This document shows, piece after piece, positions 26,509 to 40,387 of a stretch of 64,000 bases of DNA. The position numbers and the translations under genes are program-made. The notes beneath the pieces were generated by a model. It did not search any database. It was not told the DNA's origin and was given only the letters and a program-made list of their open reading frames with translations. Location of the stretch: assembly GCF_027921745.1 (NCBI RefSeq), contig NC_079238.1:1488001-1552000 (forward strand). Reading direction: 5' to 3'. Origin of the DNA: Schizosaccharomyces osmophilus. Taxonomy: Eukaryota. The number at the start of each line of letters is the position of its first letter. Position 1 is the first letter of the stretch.

Positions 26509-26889
26509 TTATGGCTCCATCATTTCATTTTCATTTCTATCATCATCCTTCTTTTGTTTGTTTCTTTTTCCGTTTGAGAGAGGAAAGCGCTTTGTTGACC
26601 CACACTCATTGCATACCCACAAACTACGATCGCTTTCAGGTTTCCTTTTAGATGGCTCTTCAGTCCGCACCGAACAGGTTTTACCAAAAACCATAAGAGA
26701 ATTGCATTTTTTGCAAATCGTTCTCTTTATATTTGGGTGTAACCGTAAAACAGATTTTTGGGATACCTGTTTTGCTGTGGAGATATAGTGTCTAGAAAAC
26801 TTTGCTTCTTCAGTATGCTGAAGCAAATAATGTGCTGCTTGATACAAGTATGAAATCCGACAATGTTGATCTTGCTGTTTTGCACTCAT
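26509..26889 (-). CDS. rpr2: RNase P subunit Rpr2/Rpp21
   Basis: RISYLYQAA, KSVLRLHPNIKRTICKKC and CNECG zinc ribbon. Confidence 0.94.
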   Translation of the reverse strand: MSAKQQDQHCRISYLYQAAHYLLQHTEEAKFSRHYISTAKQVSQKSVLRLHPNIKRTICKKCNSLMVFGKTCSVRTEEPSKRKPESDRSLWVCNECGSTKRFPLSNGKRNKQKKDDDRNENEMMEP

Positions 26890-27330
26890 AATCTCTTGTA
26901 TAGGTCCCTCCCTACCACTATTTACCTACTTTTATTCAGCTGCTCTGAGAACGAGCCGGGCATCCACCGTGAATGGTTTACCTCTATTGCAACAAAGGTT
27001 CTTGTAAAAAGGAAATAAAAATAATAATAGAAGATAATTTGGCTTATGATACGACGACGCTCATATACTTGTTCTTAATAAACCAAACTCATCTATAACG
27101 TAGAAAAAATATTCAAATATAGGGAGCCAAGTATACTTTCAGTAACTAAAATTTCGTAGTAGCTTCAACCTTCTTATTTATGATAATGAATCCTTTATGT
27201 ATTGCATAGAATTGTACATACCGAAGTACTCGAATAAAATGAACGATTGCGTTCCCATATATACTGTGAGTTACATTTATGTGCAAAACTAAATAACGCT
27301 TTACTATAATTCTTCCTACATTACGTATCG

Positions 27331-28020
<690 letters not shown>

Positions 28021-28124
28021 TGTCGATGCCAGGAATGTATATAAGACAAATAATTGAAGTAATTTCTTTTTCCTACTGCGTACGGTCACGCCTCATGATT
28101 ATTCCTGCATATCTGAACAAATGC

Positions 28125-28625
28125 TCACTTTTCGATTTCTTGTTGTTCGTTTGGGCATTCGCGAAGAGACTGATCATTTTGCTGTTCTTCGTTCTCATGG
28201 CCGTATTTTCTTCGGCTTTTTTTCTGTCGATTCCGTTTTTTCTGAACAATATTCTGTGCTTTTAACGACAATAAACTATTTTCTCCATGTTTAAACTCGT
28301 CAACCTTTTCCGCTAATCTTTTTCTTGCTATTTTTCGATTTTGTTCTCGCGAACGTGTTTCTTGACACCGGACAGTGATACCAGTCGGAATATGTTTTAG
28401 TTGTGACACTATACTTGTTTTATTTATTTTTTGGCCTCCTGGTCCACTCCCGCGAACAAAGAGTTCCTCAATTTCTTCTTCATTGATTCTTTCCAAGTGA
28501 TATGGCTTTTTTGCCTTTGGTCCTTGTGATGTCGCGCTCATTTGAAATTGACGAAACATCCAGGGCTGTCGACTGCAACTTTGGATAGGCAAATGCAAGT
28601 TGTTTTCTTTTCGGGTACACAACAT
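28125..28625 (-). CDS. pth3: Mitochondrial GGQ release-factor homologue / peptidyl-tRNA hydrolase (C12orf65-like); alternative ATG at 28688
   Basis: [30 protein letters not shown] and a basic C-terminal tail. Confidence 0.9.
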   Translation of the reverse strand: MLCTRKENNLHLPIQSCSRQPWMFRQFQMSATSQGPKAKKPYHLERINEEEIEELFVRGSGPGGQKINKTSIVSQLKHIPTGITVRCQETRSREQNRKIARKRLAEKVDEFKHGENSLLSLKAQNIVQKKRNRQKKSRRKYGHENEEQQNDQSLRECPNEQQEIEK

Positions 28626-29263
28626 TGACTGAATAAGGATTTGCCTCGCACGAAAAGAGAAACGAAAGCATCTTATAGTGGAAATCATAGTTTGCAAGAA
28701 CCGCACTGTACTCTCTCTTTTTTAAATATTTATAAAACCTTACAGAATCACTTTCGTTGGAAGCATATACTCAAGGGTATTTGAGTTCTGTTTATGATAC
28801 TCAGCTTCCCACTCGATTGTTCTTCGTAAAGCTGCACTTTGCGTTTAAGGGCGAATATGTAAATTATAAATTCTTCAAATTCAGACAGGATATAATCGTG
28901 CGCCCTAATTTTACTTCCACTTGAATTACTTCAATGGTTGTGCAAATTGGGATGAATATGCCTCCATGGAGGAGTTATGAAGGTATAATTGAATTTATTG
29001 CTCCTTTTTTCTTTCTTAATTTCTATTTCAAGGTTCTATTCAGAATCACAATCTTGATAATGAAATGCTTGCGTGCTTGATACCTGACCTGTAATTGCTG
29101 GGGAAGCCTACTGACAAAAATTTTGCAAAAGCAAAATTCAACATCATCCCCATCCCTACTCAGCTTTTACTACATATTATTTCATTGTTTGATTTAATAT
29201 ACTTTTTTAATTCTATTTATTTTATTGAAATATCTTCGTTGAATCGTTTGAGCAGTTCGAACT

Positions 29264-29785
29264 ATGAGAGCTTACCTGTTTCAAGACGAAGGTGACCAAA
29301 GAAAGCCCAATGATTCTGGTATACCTATCACTGAAGCACAACTGAATGCCGCAAAGGTGATTAGCTCACATTCTGACGGTGATTTGTATGCATTTGCTGA
29401 TGAACTGATGAAACAATATGGTTTCAAAAGTCGCGATGAAGTAAGTGTCAGCCGTATTAAGTTGGGTGAGCGTTACGACTCCATGGTCAAAAAGTTTTTT
29501 GAAGAGCACTTACACGAAGATGAAGAAATTCGTCTTATTATGGATGGAAGGGGCTATTTCGATTTGCGCTCAGTTGATGACAAGTGGGTACGTCTTCTCG
29601 TGGAAAAAGGTGACCTAATTATCTTACCAGCTGGAATTTACCATCGGTTTACCACCGCCAGTGACGATTACATTCACGCTATGCGTCTCTTCAGAGAAAA
29701 TCCCAGGTGGATTGCTCTTCCTCGTTCTCACGAAACTGATAACGTCGATGCTCGTCAAGATTATAAACATTTAATTACATCCTAA
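29264..29785 (+). CDS. adi1: Acireductone dioxygenase (methionine salvage)
   Basis: FFEEHLHEDEEIR and GDLIILPAGIYHRF cupin motifs. Confidence 0.96.
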   Translation: MRAYLFQDEGDQRKPNDSGIPITEAQLNAAKVISSHSDGDLYAFADELMKQYGFKSRDEVSVSRIKLGERYDSMVKKFFEEHLHEDEEIRLIMDGRGYFDLRSVDDKWVRLLVEKGDLIILPAGIYHRFTTASDDYIHAMRLFRENPRWIALPRSHETDNVDARQDYKHLITS

Positions 29786-30082
29786 AACAGATTTGAGGTT
29801 GTTTGTTATGATGAACAGGTTGTATCTACACTGTTGTAATATCAGTAATGACGGACTCTTTTCGGCTTATTTGTGAAATCTTCGATTTCGTTACATAAAG
29901 GAGAGAAGTGGGATTTGTAGAAGTTGAACTGATTTCAATTTCAATAAAATGATCCGGCAGTCTACAATGTTATAAATCGAATTTTCGTGTTAATGTGCAA
30001 AAAAGTCAAACTAATTAATTAAATGCTAAAATGGTAGGCTACCTAGTAGATACATCAACAGTATTTTACGGTGCAATTCCCG

Positions 30083-31453
30083 TTACCACCAAAGTGGAAT
30101 TAAGTAGTCTCCCAAAGCCACACTTGTGTAATTAAGGATGTAGAAATCTCCCAAAATTGTTCCACTTGATCCCTTCAAAATAACATGTCCATCACCTTTG
30201 GTATTCAAATAATCAGAAATGTTCAATAATCCAGATCCATAATATGCCAAAGGTCCAACACCGGAAGAGTTACTACTGTTAAAGTCAGTCGTATTGGTGT
30301 TCGTGGTATTGGTAATAGTATAGGGAATTGGGGGGATTGAACTGTTGGTGTAGTTCGCGTTGTACGTGGAGTTCGTTAGCAAAGTTGGTGCCAAATCAAC
30401 GTAACTGTTCACATTCACGTATGTGGTGTTGGAAGCAGCAGCAGAAATAGTGGCATTGCAATTCGTTTCACTTTGTACTACAACAACGTCAGCTGAACTT
30501 CCAAATTGTGTCGCAAAGTAGCCAGTGGGACCGAAAAGTGAATAATAACTGCCGTCCAGACAAGAGGAAGAACTGAGTTGACCAGATAAGCCACAAGAAG
30601 CAATATCCTGGAACAATGAAAAAGCAGACGTTTGATTGCAAAAAGCAAAGCTCTTTAAAAATGAGATAGAAGAGCTTAAGGCTAAGAAATAAAAGTTGTA
30701 ACCAAATACATCAATGACTTTGGCATCAATTTCAGGAATCTCGCGTCGGATGTGACTAGTACTTTGTTCAGTTATTTTTTGATAAATGGGGGTTTCGGAA
30801 GAATCCAAGACAGAGACATTTGTTAAAGCTGGTTTCGCCGCTCCAACGACTACCAATCGTGAACTTGAGTGGTTAACAAAGCTTTCAGTTAATCCAAAAG
30901 AAGAGAGAATCAAAGAATTTACTTCAGTAGAAGCAGAAGAAGAAGTGTTAGTCTGATTCGAGGTTGTGTTCCAAGCCATAGACGAATTGGTTGTCACGTT
31001 TGTTGGATAAAAACTTCCAGATATCGTAGCATTGCTATTACTACCTGTTTCACTCCAATAAGCGGAAATACCAGACACGTCACTTGCAACTGTAGATAGA
31101 CTTTTGCTAGCAATTGCATCTAGTACCAAAAGTCGAGGATGCTCGATGTTGTCTAAAATTGGACTCCATAGAACATTGTCAATAGACCTCAAACTGTGCA
31201 AACTATCAGTAATGGCAAATTCGTCTCCACCGCTCTCAACTGCCCAGAATCTTTCACGAGTTGAAATCCAAGAAGTACCATTTAATAAAACAACATCCAA
31301 TACTACGGGTACAGTAGGGACAGTCTCAGTATTGGTAGAATTGTACAAGGTTACATTCTGGGATTCAGCCAGGCGTTTGTTGAGGTAAGGAATAGAGGGC
31401 AATGCAGATGCCAATGTGATAAAGCTCAATATAATATAACCAGCTAACTTCAT
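30083..31453 (-). CDS. Secreted Ser/Thr/Asn-rich glycoprotein of unknown function (probable SPBC685.03 orthologue)
   Basis: 456-aa ORF from ATG 31453; signal peptide MKLAGYIILSFITLASA, KR site, many N-x-S/T sequons; lies next to exo5. Confidence 0.85.
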   Translation of the reverse strand: MKLAGYIILSFITLASALPSIPYLNKRLAESQNVTLYNSTNTETVPTVPVVLDVVLLNGTSWISTRERFWAVESGGDEFAITDSLHSLRSIDNVLWSPILDNIEHPRLLVLDAIASKSLSTVASDVSGISAYWSETGSNSNATISGSFYPTNVTTNSSMAWNTTSNQTNTSSSASTEVNSLILSSFGLTESFVNHSSSRLVVVGAAKPALTNVSVLDSSETPIYQKITEQSTSHIRREIPEIDAKVIDVFGYNFYFLALSSSISFLKSFAFCNQTSAFSLFQDIASCGLSGQLSSSSCLDGSYYSLFGPTGYFATQFGSSADVVVVQSETNCNATISAAASNTTYVNVNSYVDLAPTLLTNSTYNANYTNSSIPPIPYTITNTTNTNTTDFNSSNSSGVGPLAYYGSGLLNISDYLNTKGDGHVILKGSSGTILGDFYILNYTSVALGDYLIPLWW

Positions 31454-31694
31454 GACGATAATGAATGAACTTCTAATGTTCAATATGATTATCGCCAGTA
31501 TTTAAATCAAAAAAATACTTACGTTTCCTTCATTCATAATGCACATAATGATCTCAAATAATGCTTACCAGTATTTGCAATATCCTTCGCGCATATGACC
31601 TCAGGATGAGCATAAAATGATAGATTGGCGACACATGAAACGAATGGCATCAAATAAGAAAAGGATTATAGAGATATATCCTCAATCCTATTTC

Positions 31695-33177
31695 TTAATT
31701 ATTAGTGTGAAAAGGCAGTGTCTGCTTCTTCTGAAGCCACCAACATTCATCACGAAACTCGCAACTGCGACATTTGAACACTTCGTTAGGAGGTACACCT
31801 ACGGGATCTCTCATGGTTCGCCAGAATGAATTCGTTCGGTTATAGCAGTCTTCTAAGGCTATAGGTTCATAATCAAATTTTTCTACATATGATAGCTGTT
31901 GTGTTCGGGGATTCCAGTAGGCCTTTGTATATGTTAGTTTGATCCATAAAAAATAAAAAGAAAAAAAACTACTAAATAACAATGTAAGGAAAATTTTGTC
32001 TTCGCCATTGTCTAAGTCATTCAGCAACACTTACAATACCCAAATTTTTATCGGAAATGTTTAGGCGCAATCGTCGCGCTATTTTTGAAGAAATTTTGTA
32101 AAGTCCATGCAATGAATTATTGTTTCTAAATTCATCTTCAGGAATGATTGGTATTGTCCGAATACTCTGTTCCAAAAACTCCGTGCCCAGATCTTTTGAG
32201 CCATCTAAATTCAAACTCTTATAAAACGAATTCAACCAAGGTATTTCTAGAGTTTTTTTATCTCGTTCGTTCGGCTTAGCGTACAAAGGTTGAGTAGACT
32301 TTAAGTTCAAAGAAGGAAAATAGTGAAGAAAAAGGTGAGCGTAATACATAACCTGTATCTTTGATTGATAGATTTGAGAGTCACTTGGTCTTGTATTAGA
32401 GAACCTGGTTTTATTGTCAGTAAAATATATATCTTTCGCAGCTGGAAGCCAAAAGTCACGAATATCTCTAGGTTCCTTTGTTATTGCTCCTTGTTGGCTA
32501 AGGCTAATTTCATCAATTATTCCCATAACAAGAGAATCTTTGTAAAACCCCCAAATGGGAAATTCTCGAGTAATTCCGTTCATATATAACTGATGAAGCC
32601 CTTCAATTTGCTTCAGAATTTTTAGAGCCCATGGCTCTTCTTTCGAATACTTATTAAGCAAAATACGACCTGTAGGCGGCGTCGTTTCGTACTCAAGATG
32701 TTGATGTACAGAGCTCCCTTTGATCATTTGTGGGGAGGTCTTTTTTAATTTTTTGGTCAAATAATAATCCTGTTGCACTTCACACCATAATGGTGACACT
32801 AAATCAGTTACCTAATTATATTTTTGTTAGCACCTTTCAACAGATATACTTCATTGTCCAACTAAGCTCATTCTTCATACATTAAGGTAACCCCGACGTT
32901 TTCGAAACAAATCGTACAAAGTTATTTTTCTAAACATATCCTCTTCTATATTGGTAAGTAAAGCTAGCATATACAGTTCGTTCTTCTTGTAAAACCCAAA
33001 CGCAAACATACCTATAGTGTCATGTTCTATGGAGGTAATTCCCCATTTACCTTCTGAGTCAATTCCATCAATTTCTAGGTCAGATATTATATTATGATTA
33101 GATGAGCTTTCTTGTTTATCAAGTTCTTCCAAAAACTCATTTAAGTCCTCAACATCAAATACTTCGTAATCCTCCAT
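31695..33177 (-). CDS. exo5: Exonuclease V (Exo5/Dem1, Fe-S), 3 introns
   Basis: TDLVSPLWCEVQ, REFPIWG...GIIDEI, DNKTR and C-terminal KCRSCEFRDEC Fe-S cysteines. Confidence 0.92.
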
Positions 33178-33600
33178 GCCATATAAGCTTTCTCATGCTT
33201 TTTGGTGCTTAAAAATTCAAGTCATAAACACTAAAAGAAATCAAGGAAGAAATAATACACTAGTTGTCAATCCCATCGGCTAGTTGTATTTATTAGGTAG
33301 GCAGTTTTGTAGAATGAAAAGACGAACTTGAAAAACCAAGTTGGATGAATAAATGTGCATTTTGAGACTTCGTTCGAACGCTGTATATAAGTTCTTAACA
33401 TGATTTTTATTGCGTTTCATCAATTTGTCACTAGTATTTAATTATTTTCGTATTTTGAGTAGAATTTGATTTTGCATTAGAAAAATATATATAAATATAT
33501 ATAAATAGAAAAAACTTCGGTTTCCAAGTGAACATTATGAATCAATCAACCTCATTTAACTAATGATGTACAAATTGTGGCTCCAAAACTAATTAAATGA

Positions 33601-36600
33601 TTATAAATATCCCATATTCCGTTTATAGCTGTCGATTTCCGCTTGCGTTAGCCTATCCTGAGATGACCAGTCGGCGGATGAACTCCTTGGTCGAAAACGT
33701 AGCTTATTTCGATCTTTGGATTTAAATAATTCGTCCATATGTAAAGGCTTTATGGATCCAAAAATCTTATCAGGATCCCACTTTTGCTGTCGCTTCAATT
33801 GCTCTCGAAGTTCAGGTGATTCTGCCCACGATGGTAAGTTAATCTTTTTCTTTCTTTCTTCGTCGTCACTTTCGTCTAAGTAGTCACTATCGATGTCGGG
33901 TAATTCATAAGATCCATTAGGAGAATATGATCCATAACCGGCAGGCTGACTAGTTTTGGGAGTTTTAAGCAACGGTGATCTTTGCAGTTTTTGAGACCCA
34001 GATAGCTTCCTGTCAGTTGGGGGGTCGATGTTAGAAGAATTCACCGGTTTCCTGTTACCTAGAGGAGTTGTGTTAGTTACCGAGTCCTTTTCTTTTATAG
34101 CATTAGGTTTTGTGGGTGGAGGAAAATTATGGCGCAAACTTTTCAAAGTCTGAGGCTTGAAGCTTGTTTTATTTAGCATAGATGGCTGAGATTGCGATCC
34201 CTCAGTTTCATCATTCGTATGAGATTCATTAATTGGTTTATGATTGCTGGCTGAAATTGGTACAGATGTGACCGTATCACCTTCAACTTTTTTGGAACCA
34301 GAGTAATGTAGGGCCAAAGACTTATCTTCCAGTAATTCACGAGTCGGACGTAGTGTAGGTTTTGACGTAACTCTTGTCAGTCCGGGTTTAGATTTAGAAG
34401 ACGCTGCTTCTGCTAAAAGCTTACGCCGTCTCGACTCTTCCTGTCTTTTTATCATTGCATTATTCCAATTTGATCCGGTTGCACCTGTCGCGAAGCGTTT
34501 AGCGCCCAGTCTTTCTTGTTTATCAGCGTTATGTTGTACTTGTGACTGAATGGGCTCCTCTTTAACATTTGTTTCTAACGACTTTCTTGTTCCACTTTGA
34601 TCTTCGGATGGCTTGTCAGACTTCAAATTACTTGAAGTTTTCATTTGACGCATTGGTATAAATCGTCGATTATTATCAGAATTAGTGCTTAGAGATGATG
34701 AAGTCCTTGGTAAATCTTTATCAGCATTATTATGTTCGATTTGCATTAAAGATGAAGATAAATTAGCTTTAGCTTTTCTTCTTTCAGTTTGCTCCAATTC
34801 ACGTTGAGAAGCCGTAGCGACACGAATAGCCACTGGTCGTTGATTATTAGTGGACAGATATCCGGCTTCAGTTAATTTACGAATTTCTTTTGCAACATCA
34901 AGTGATTTCTCTGACGTTTTAGGATTCGAGCCAGTATTTGATTCATCATGTGCTTCAACTGCATTCTCATGCGTATTTGAGTTAGAGTGGGATGGAATCA
35001 AAGTACCCTTCTGTTGAGTTATAGAGTTTTTAGTTGATAGCTTTGTAAATGGAGCTATGGAAGGTATCTTTGGAACTTCAGACTTAACGTGAGACTTACT
35101 AGAATTCTTCGGAGAATCTTGCTTCGTTTCTCCAAGTTTAAGCTTTGCTAGTTGCAAATCTTTGGCAGCTGAATTTCTAGCAGCATCAAGAACAGCATTA
35201 ACAGGCCTTTTCATTCCTGGAGGAGTTGAAGGTTCCTCTGTCCGATTCCCGGCTAATCCTTGAATTTGTTGGCGGAGTTTTTCAGCCCTCTCAAGCATTG
35301 GCGTAGATTTTGACTTAGGCTTTACAGGGCTTTTTTCCTCTTTCGTTAAAGGAACGAACTCATCCACTTGTTTGTCAAGTTTCTGTTCATCGCGATACGG
35401 AACATCCTGAACTAAAGTACTTGCAGGTCGTTCCGACCTTGAAGGTACACCGATGCTTTTAGAAAATTGCTTGTCATTTATAAACTCTTTAGAAGACGAC
35501 ATCTCAGGAGAGGTTTTCCTTTGCTTAGTCATGTTTTTGTGGGCATTATCCTCTATAGCAGCAACTTCTGAGGAACGCTTATGCGGGTTTTGTTTGGGCA
35601 ATGATATTTGATTTGTCGTAATACGTTCCTGTTCCTGTTTAATAGAGTCATCTTTGTTCCCAGATGTAATAGAGGATAAAAATCGTTTGAGTCGAGAAGG
35701 GCTAGTGAGAGAAGAACTTTGTTTTGGAGGAACCTGAGTGTTTGAATTTGCAAATTCTGCTTCGAAACTCGCCGGGTTCGAGGAGCTTTCTTTTGTTAAT
35801 CGCCGATTAAGTTGATGCAGAAAAGAATTGGTTGAGTCAGCTCTGTTTTGGAGAGAGGCAGGGCGCCTTAAAATTTCCTCTCGTTTTGGTAAATGAACGA
35901 AGGAATAAGCCGGATGTCTATTCTGCAATGGTTTACTTGGACTTGCGGAGGGCTTCGTAGGAGATGGGGAAGGTTCACGAAGTGGAATATCCCATTCAGT
36001 AAATTGTTGAGTATTAGAAGAAGGTGAAGGAACTTGGTTAGAATCCTCTCTTTTGGTATCTGTTACCCTTTCGGTATCCTTAGTTTCAGGGTCCAAATCT
36101 ACTCGCTTCACATCGAGGACGGGTGAGGGCAAATTTGGTAACGTGGAAACCTGGTTGCTTTCTTCATAAGTTTCAGATGGTTTTGGCTCTTCTGTTGTAT
36201 AAGTAGGCTGCACGTTCTTTTCCTCTGGGTGGTAGCTATCCTTTGCTTTGACCTTACTATCTGCAGCTTCTACTAATTGTTGCTGTATTGACGACAACTG
36301 CATTCTAGGCGTAGGAAGCTCACATCGTCGAACTGGGCTTAGCCTTGGAGTAGTATACTTTTCTTTAATTTTGTTGGGAGTTTTAGCCAATGTATAGAGG
36401 TCTCTGTATAAACTAATTAATAAAACATACTGGTGCTAAATATAAATCACAACGTACCCTTCTAAGCGTAACTTCGAAACTTCTAACATATGTTCATTTA
36501 GCCAATCCATAGTTTCTGAAACCAAGAAAGAAAACTCCTTTGTTTTTTCATTCGTCAGTCTGTGGGAATGCTCAAGTTCCCTGGTGAACCAGGGACCTGA

Positions 36601-36615
36601 CCCAAGAGAACCCAT
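33601..36615 (-). CDS. pic1: INCENP, chromosomal passenger complex; intron 36404-36457
   Basis: First exon MGSLGSGPWFTRE...MDWLNEHM splices in frame to the 929-aa ORF; C-terminal IN-box LPSWAESPEL...DPDKIFG...RFRPRSSSADW. Confidence 0.94.
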
Positions 36616-37742
36616 TTCCTAAAAAGTTCACTCTCAAGCTCTAAATGCTTCTTCTAGAAAGGAAAGGTAATGCAAAGTAGGATGAATTATGATAAGTTTA
36701 TGGGCTCGTACTTTAAGAAAAGCACAATACCATTAGAGAAATGTAGCGAATTAGTGTTCAAATGTACAGTTAATTAGGTTTTCTCTTTATTACCAACTAT
36801 ATATTTTATATATGGGGAAATGTTGGAAGTCAAGTTCAAATGTTGGTGTCCTTAGGAGTAAACAAAAATAGTGAGTGGTTCTAGGAAACCGAAAAAATAC
36901 TCGCCGTGGAACCTGGTAAGACAAAAATAAAGGAAAAACAACGTTTCTTATAAAAGTCTAAAAAATATATTGGTTCAATATTTAAAGCAAATAGGATATC
37001 GACTACTGCGACATGCCATGTAAGCAAGTAAAATCAGATTCGACTAGCGAAATTCGAAATATTTGGTATCTTTTTTTAACGATCTTTAAACAAAACGATC
37101 ACGTCTTGTATGAAATTTATCACACTAAGAAAGTAGCGCTGGTATACAACTAAAAATATTCAATATAGACTTCTCTATATCGGCCATCCGTTGTTTATTG
37201 TCAAAAGGTGATTTTCTATGGCTATAATATCACTTGAATTAAGCCAAGAACACAGTTTTCTTTTTCTTCTGTTTCTTTTATTTACTAGCGAATCATTGCA
37301 AAGCACAGTAGTAAACAGTGTTGATATATGTAAACGTGTTTGGGAAATTTGGTAAATCCTCAGGTACTTCAATTGATTGAAAAAAAGTTATCGATTTTAA
37401 AGCTTGGGTTGATTATGTGTGTGAAACGTAGATCTGTTCTTGTTTTTGAGAAGGCTCACTTCTCACAGTATTTAAATATAGCTAGTAACACGAAGCATCC
37501 CAAATTGGTATTAAATTATATAATACGAAGAAAAGTCTACTTCTAGAAATAAAGAACTAGTTCATTATTGCTCTTCACATTTTCCTGCGACATTTTTATT
37601 CCTAGACCGTGTAGAATAATGCTTTGTTATTTACGAAACTGTAACGCACATCTTTAAACGCGTCATCTCCTATTATTCAAGCTTGCAGAAGTTGTCTGGA
37701 ACACGAAACAATAAAAAAAACAATTCCCTGGTTACGGAAGGA

Positions 37743-40054
37743 ATGGATGAATTTCGTTCTTCATCTGGGTCTCCAAAGGTAGGAGAAAATATACAAACAT
37801 CTCCCAAATATCCTTTCGCAGCTGAATCAAAAGGTACGCATCCCTTATGAAACGATGAATTATGCTGTTAACGACAATAGATCATCCCTCACGGACAAAG
37901 CGTAGTTTGTGCCGAAATATTTTACTTTATGGGAATTGTAAATACTCTGAAAGTGGCTGTATGTTCCGTCACGACAATGTATGTACTTTCTCGTCAAATT
38001 TGGTTCTAGGTATTTCATTAACTTACGCGTTTTTAGCCGTTATTGCCCCAAAGCAGTACACCAGAGCAGTCTTTTTCTAGGTAAGGATTGATTATTGTTT
38101 GTCACTTTTATTTCGCGATCGGCCTAACACGTAACAATTAGAAAAAAACTGAACGCTGCTTCTGCATCGTTTCAACCTAAGTCATCGCTTTCTTCGAAAG
38201 CTGCTAATGCTGCTGTTTTCGTCCCTAAAACTCAAGAACCTCCCATGTTTCTTTCTCGTGACCGAACCCCATTGGCTATTTCTTCTACTAAAAATGTACA
38301 CCTTAAATTCTTATTTACAGCATTCTAACAATGACAGACTATAAATCCGTATGCAAACCCAGGAATACTTGGGGCAGATGGGATGTATTCAAATGATGCT
38401 TATTATTCACAACAGAATCAACTTAAACTAGTAAGTATCTCTAAGGTGTTACGAAACAGATTTTTTTTGGCTAATTATATATTTAAGACACGTTTTCATC
38501 TTTACAATCCTCAACCGTCTACCTTACCTACTCTTCGTCCTTACGACAGAAATGTAAATGATTTATTTATAGAAGACAATATCAGAGAAGAACTTGAACG
38601 GAATACTGAAGCTTCTCGTCAAACATTGCATGGTAAGTATATCCTGCTGAGAGGTGCTAACTTTAGGAAGCATTGCCCTCTATTGTTTCTAACTACACGT
38701 CTCTGTCACCTTTAAACAAAAAGCTATATCGCTATAAAGAAGACTTGGGCTTTAATGTTTGGACATATCAAGCTACTTGTACAACTGATAAAAACACTTA
38801 CGTCTTAAGAAGATTACAAGGTATGACCGATACTATTATCTTGATGCGTTTTCGACTGACAAATTATAAAGATTGTCCCAATCTTGTGGATTTAAATGCA
38901 GTTGAAACTTTGAAGCGCATATTTCATCCAAATATTGTTACCTTTTACAATGGTTTTAATTCCGATACTTTTAATGACCAGTGTAAGATACTACTTATTT
39001 TATTAAGCTAACTAGATAGCTTTAATACTTGTGTATGATTATCATCCACGATGCTCTACTTTAAAAGAAATGTACTTTGACGGGACCTCTGCAGTTGATA
39101 AATCTCAGACTGAGCGTCCAATGCCAGATGAAAAAGAGCAGTGGAATTACATGTTTCAAATGGCTATCGCTATTTCTCATTTACACAAAAACGGGTTGGC
39201 ATGTAACCACTTGACACCTTCAAGAATACTCATAAACCGCGATAAGAGGTATGAATTTTTGCGTTTTCTTTTTCAATTACTAAACAAATAGAATCCGGAT
39301 CAATAGTTGTGCTGATTACGAATTGGCGGTACCGATCAAACCTCCCCTTGAAAGCCGGCAACAACAAGACCTAAAAGATTTCGGGTGTATTATAGCCAAC
39401 TTGGCTACTGGAAGTTTAGACGATGACATGGCCAAAGCTGCTCGGCATATCAATCATTCCTATTCGCGCGATTTTTACAAAGCAGTCTTATCTTTTATCT
39501 CTGACGAACCTGTGAAGAAAAACATCGACAGTTTTTTTAAAGATTATGCGGTTTATTTTCTTTCTGTAATGGATGCTTCCTTTAAAGAAAATGCTGCAAT
39601 GGAAAAGCGACTTTCACAGACTATACAGCATAAGCGTTTCTTTCAAATACTGTATAAACTTATGTATATCACCGATTGCAATGACAGACCAGCGGTATTA
39701 CCAGGTTTTCGAGATCGAAAAATTTACTTGTTACATTTATTGCGCGACTATTTATTTCATCAGGTTGATGAAGGGCAATGTCCTCTTATTGATTTATGTC
39801 AGGTTTTGACTACTCTGGGAAAGGTAAGATATTAAGTTTGTTTCATTTCATTTGGTTTCTAATTTTTAAATAGTTGGATGCTGGAATCGGCCAGTCAGTA
39901 GCTTTAATTTCGAGAGACGAATTAGACTGTGCGTCTGTTACTTACTCAGAGGTAAGTTTTTGAATTATGTAGATATTTTTGGAATGTCACTAATCTTATG
40001 ATGTAGCTGAAAGCTTGGATAGATGATGTTTTTGAGTTAGAAATTAATCTCTGA
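37743..40054 (+). CDS. ppk26: Pan3-like PAN deadenylase subunit (CCCH finger, PAM2, pseudokinase), about 11 introns
   Basis: CRNILLYGNCKYSESGCMFRHD finger, PAM2-like KLNAASASFQP, HPNIV, YDYHP and LLRDYLFHQVDE...LGKLDAG. Confidence 0.88.
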
Positions 40055-40387
40055 AAACGCGTACATAATTGGGTTTGAAATTATGAGATTATGTTGATAT
40101 AGTGATAGTTCTTTAAAGGTTTTGTATAATAGTCAAATTTGTTAACTTTCGACGTCTAATGTGCGATAGAGGTGTAACAGGAACTTCAGCTACCCTATGC
40201 GATGGAAGGTAACCGCTGCACGCCAGCATATATTCCATTCATACTAGAGGCCAAATAAAGCATCATTTTTAATGCAATATACATACATTTTAAGATACGT
40301 GTAACATAACAATTGGTTTCAACCTGAGTAAACCATATTAGAAAAGTAGTTGGGAGTTACTTAAACTAGCTACTGCCGGAACAAACA

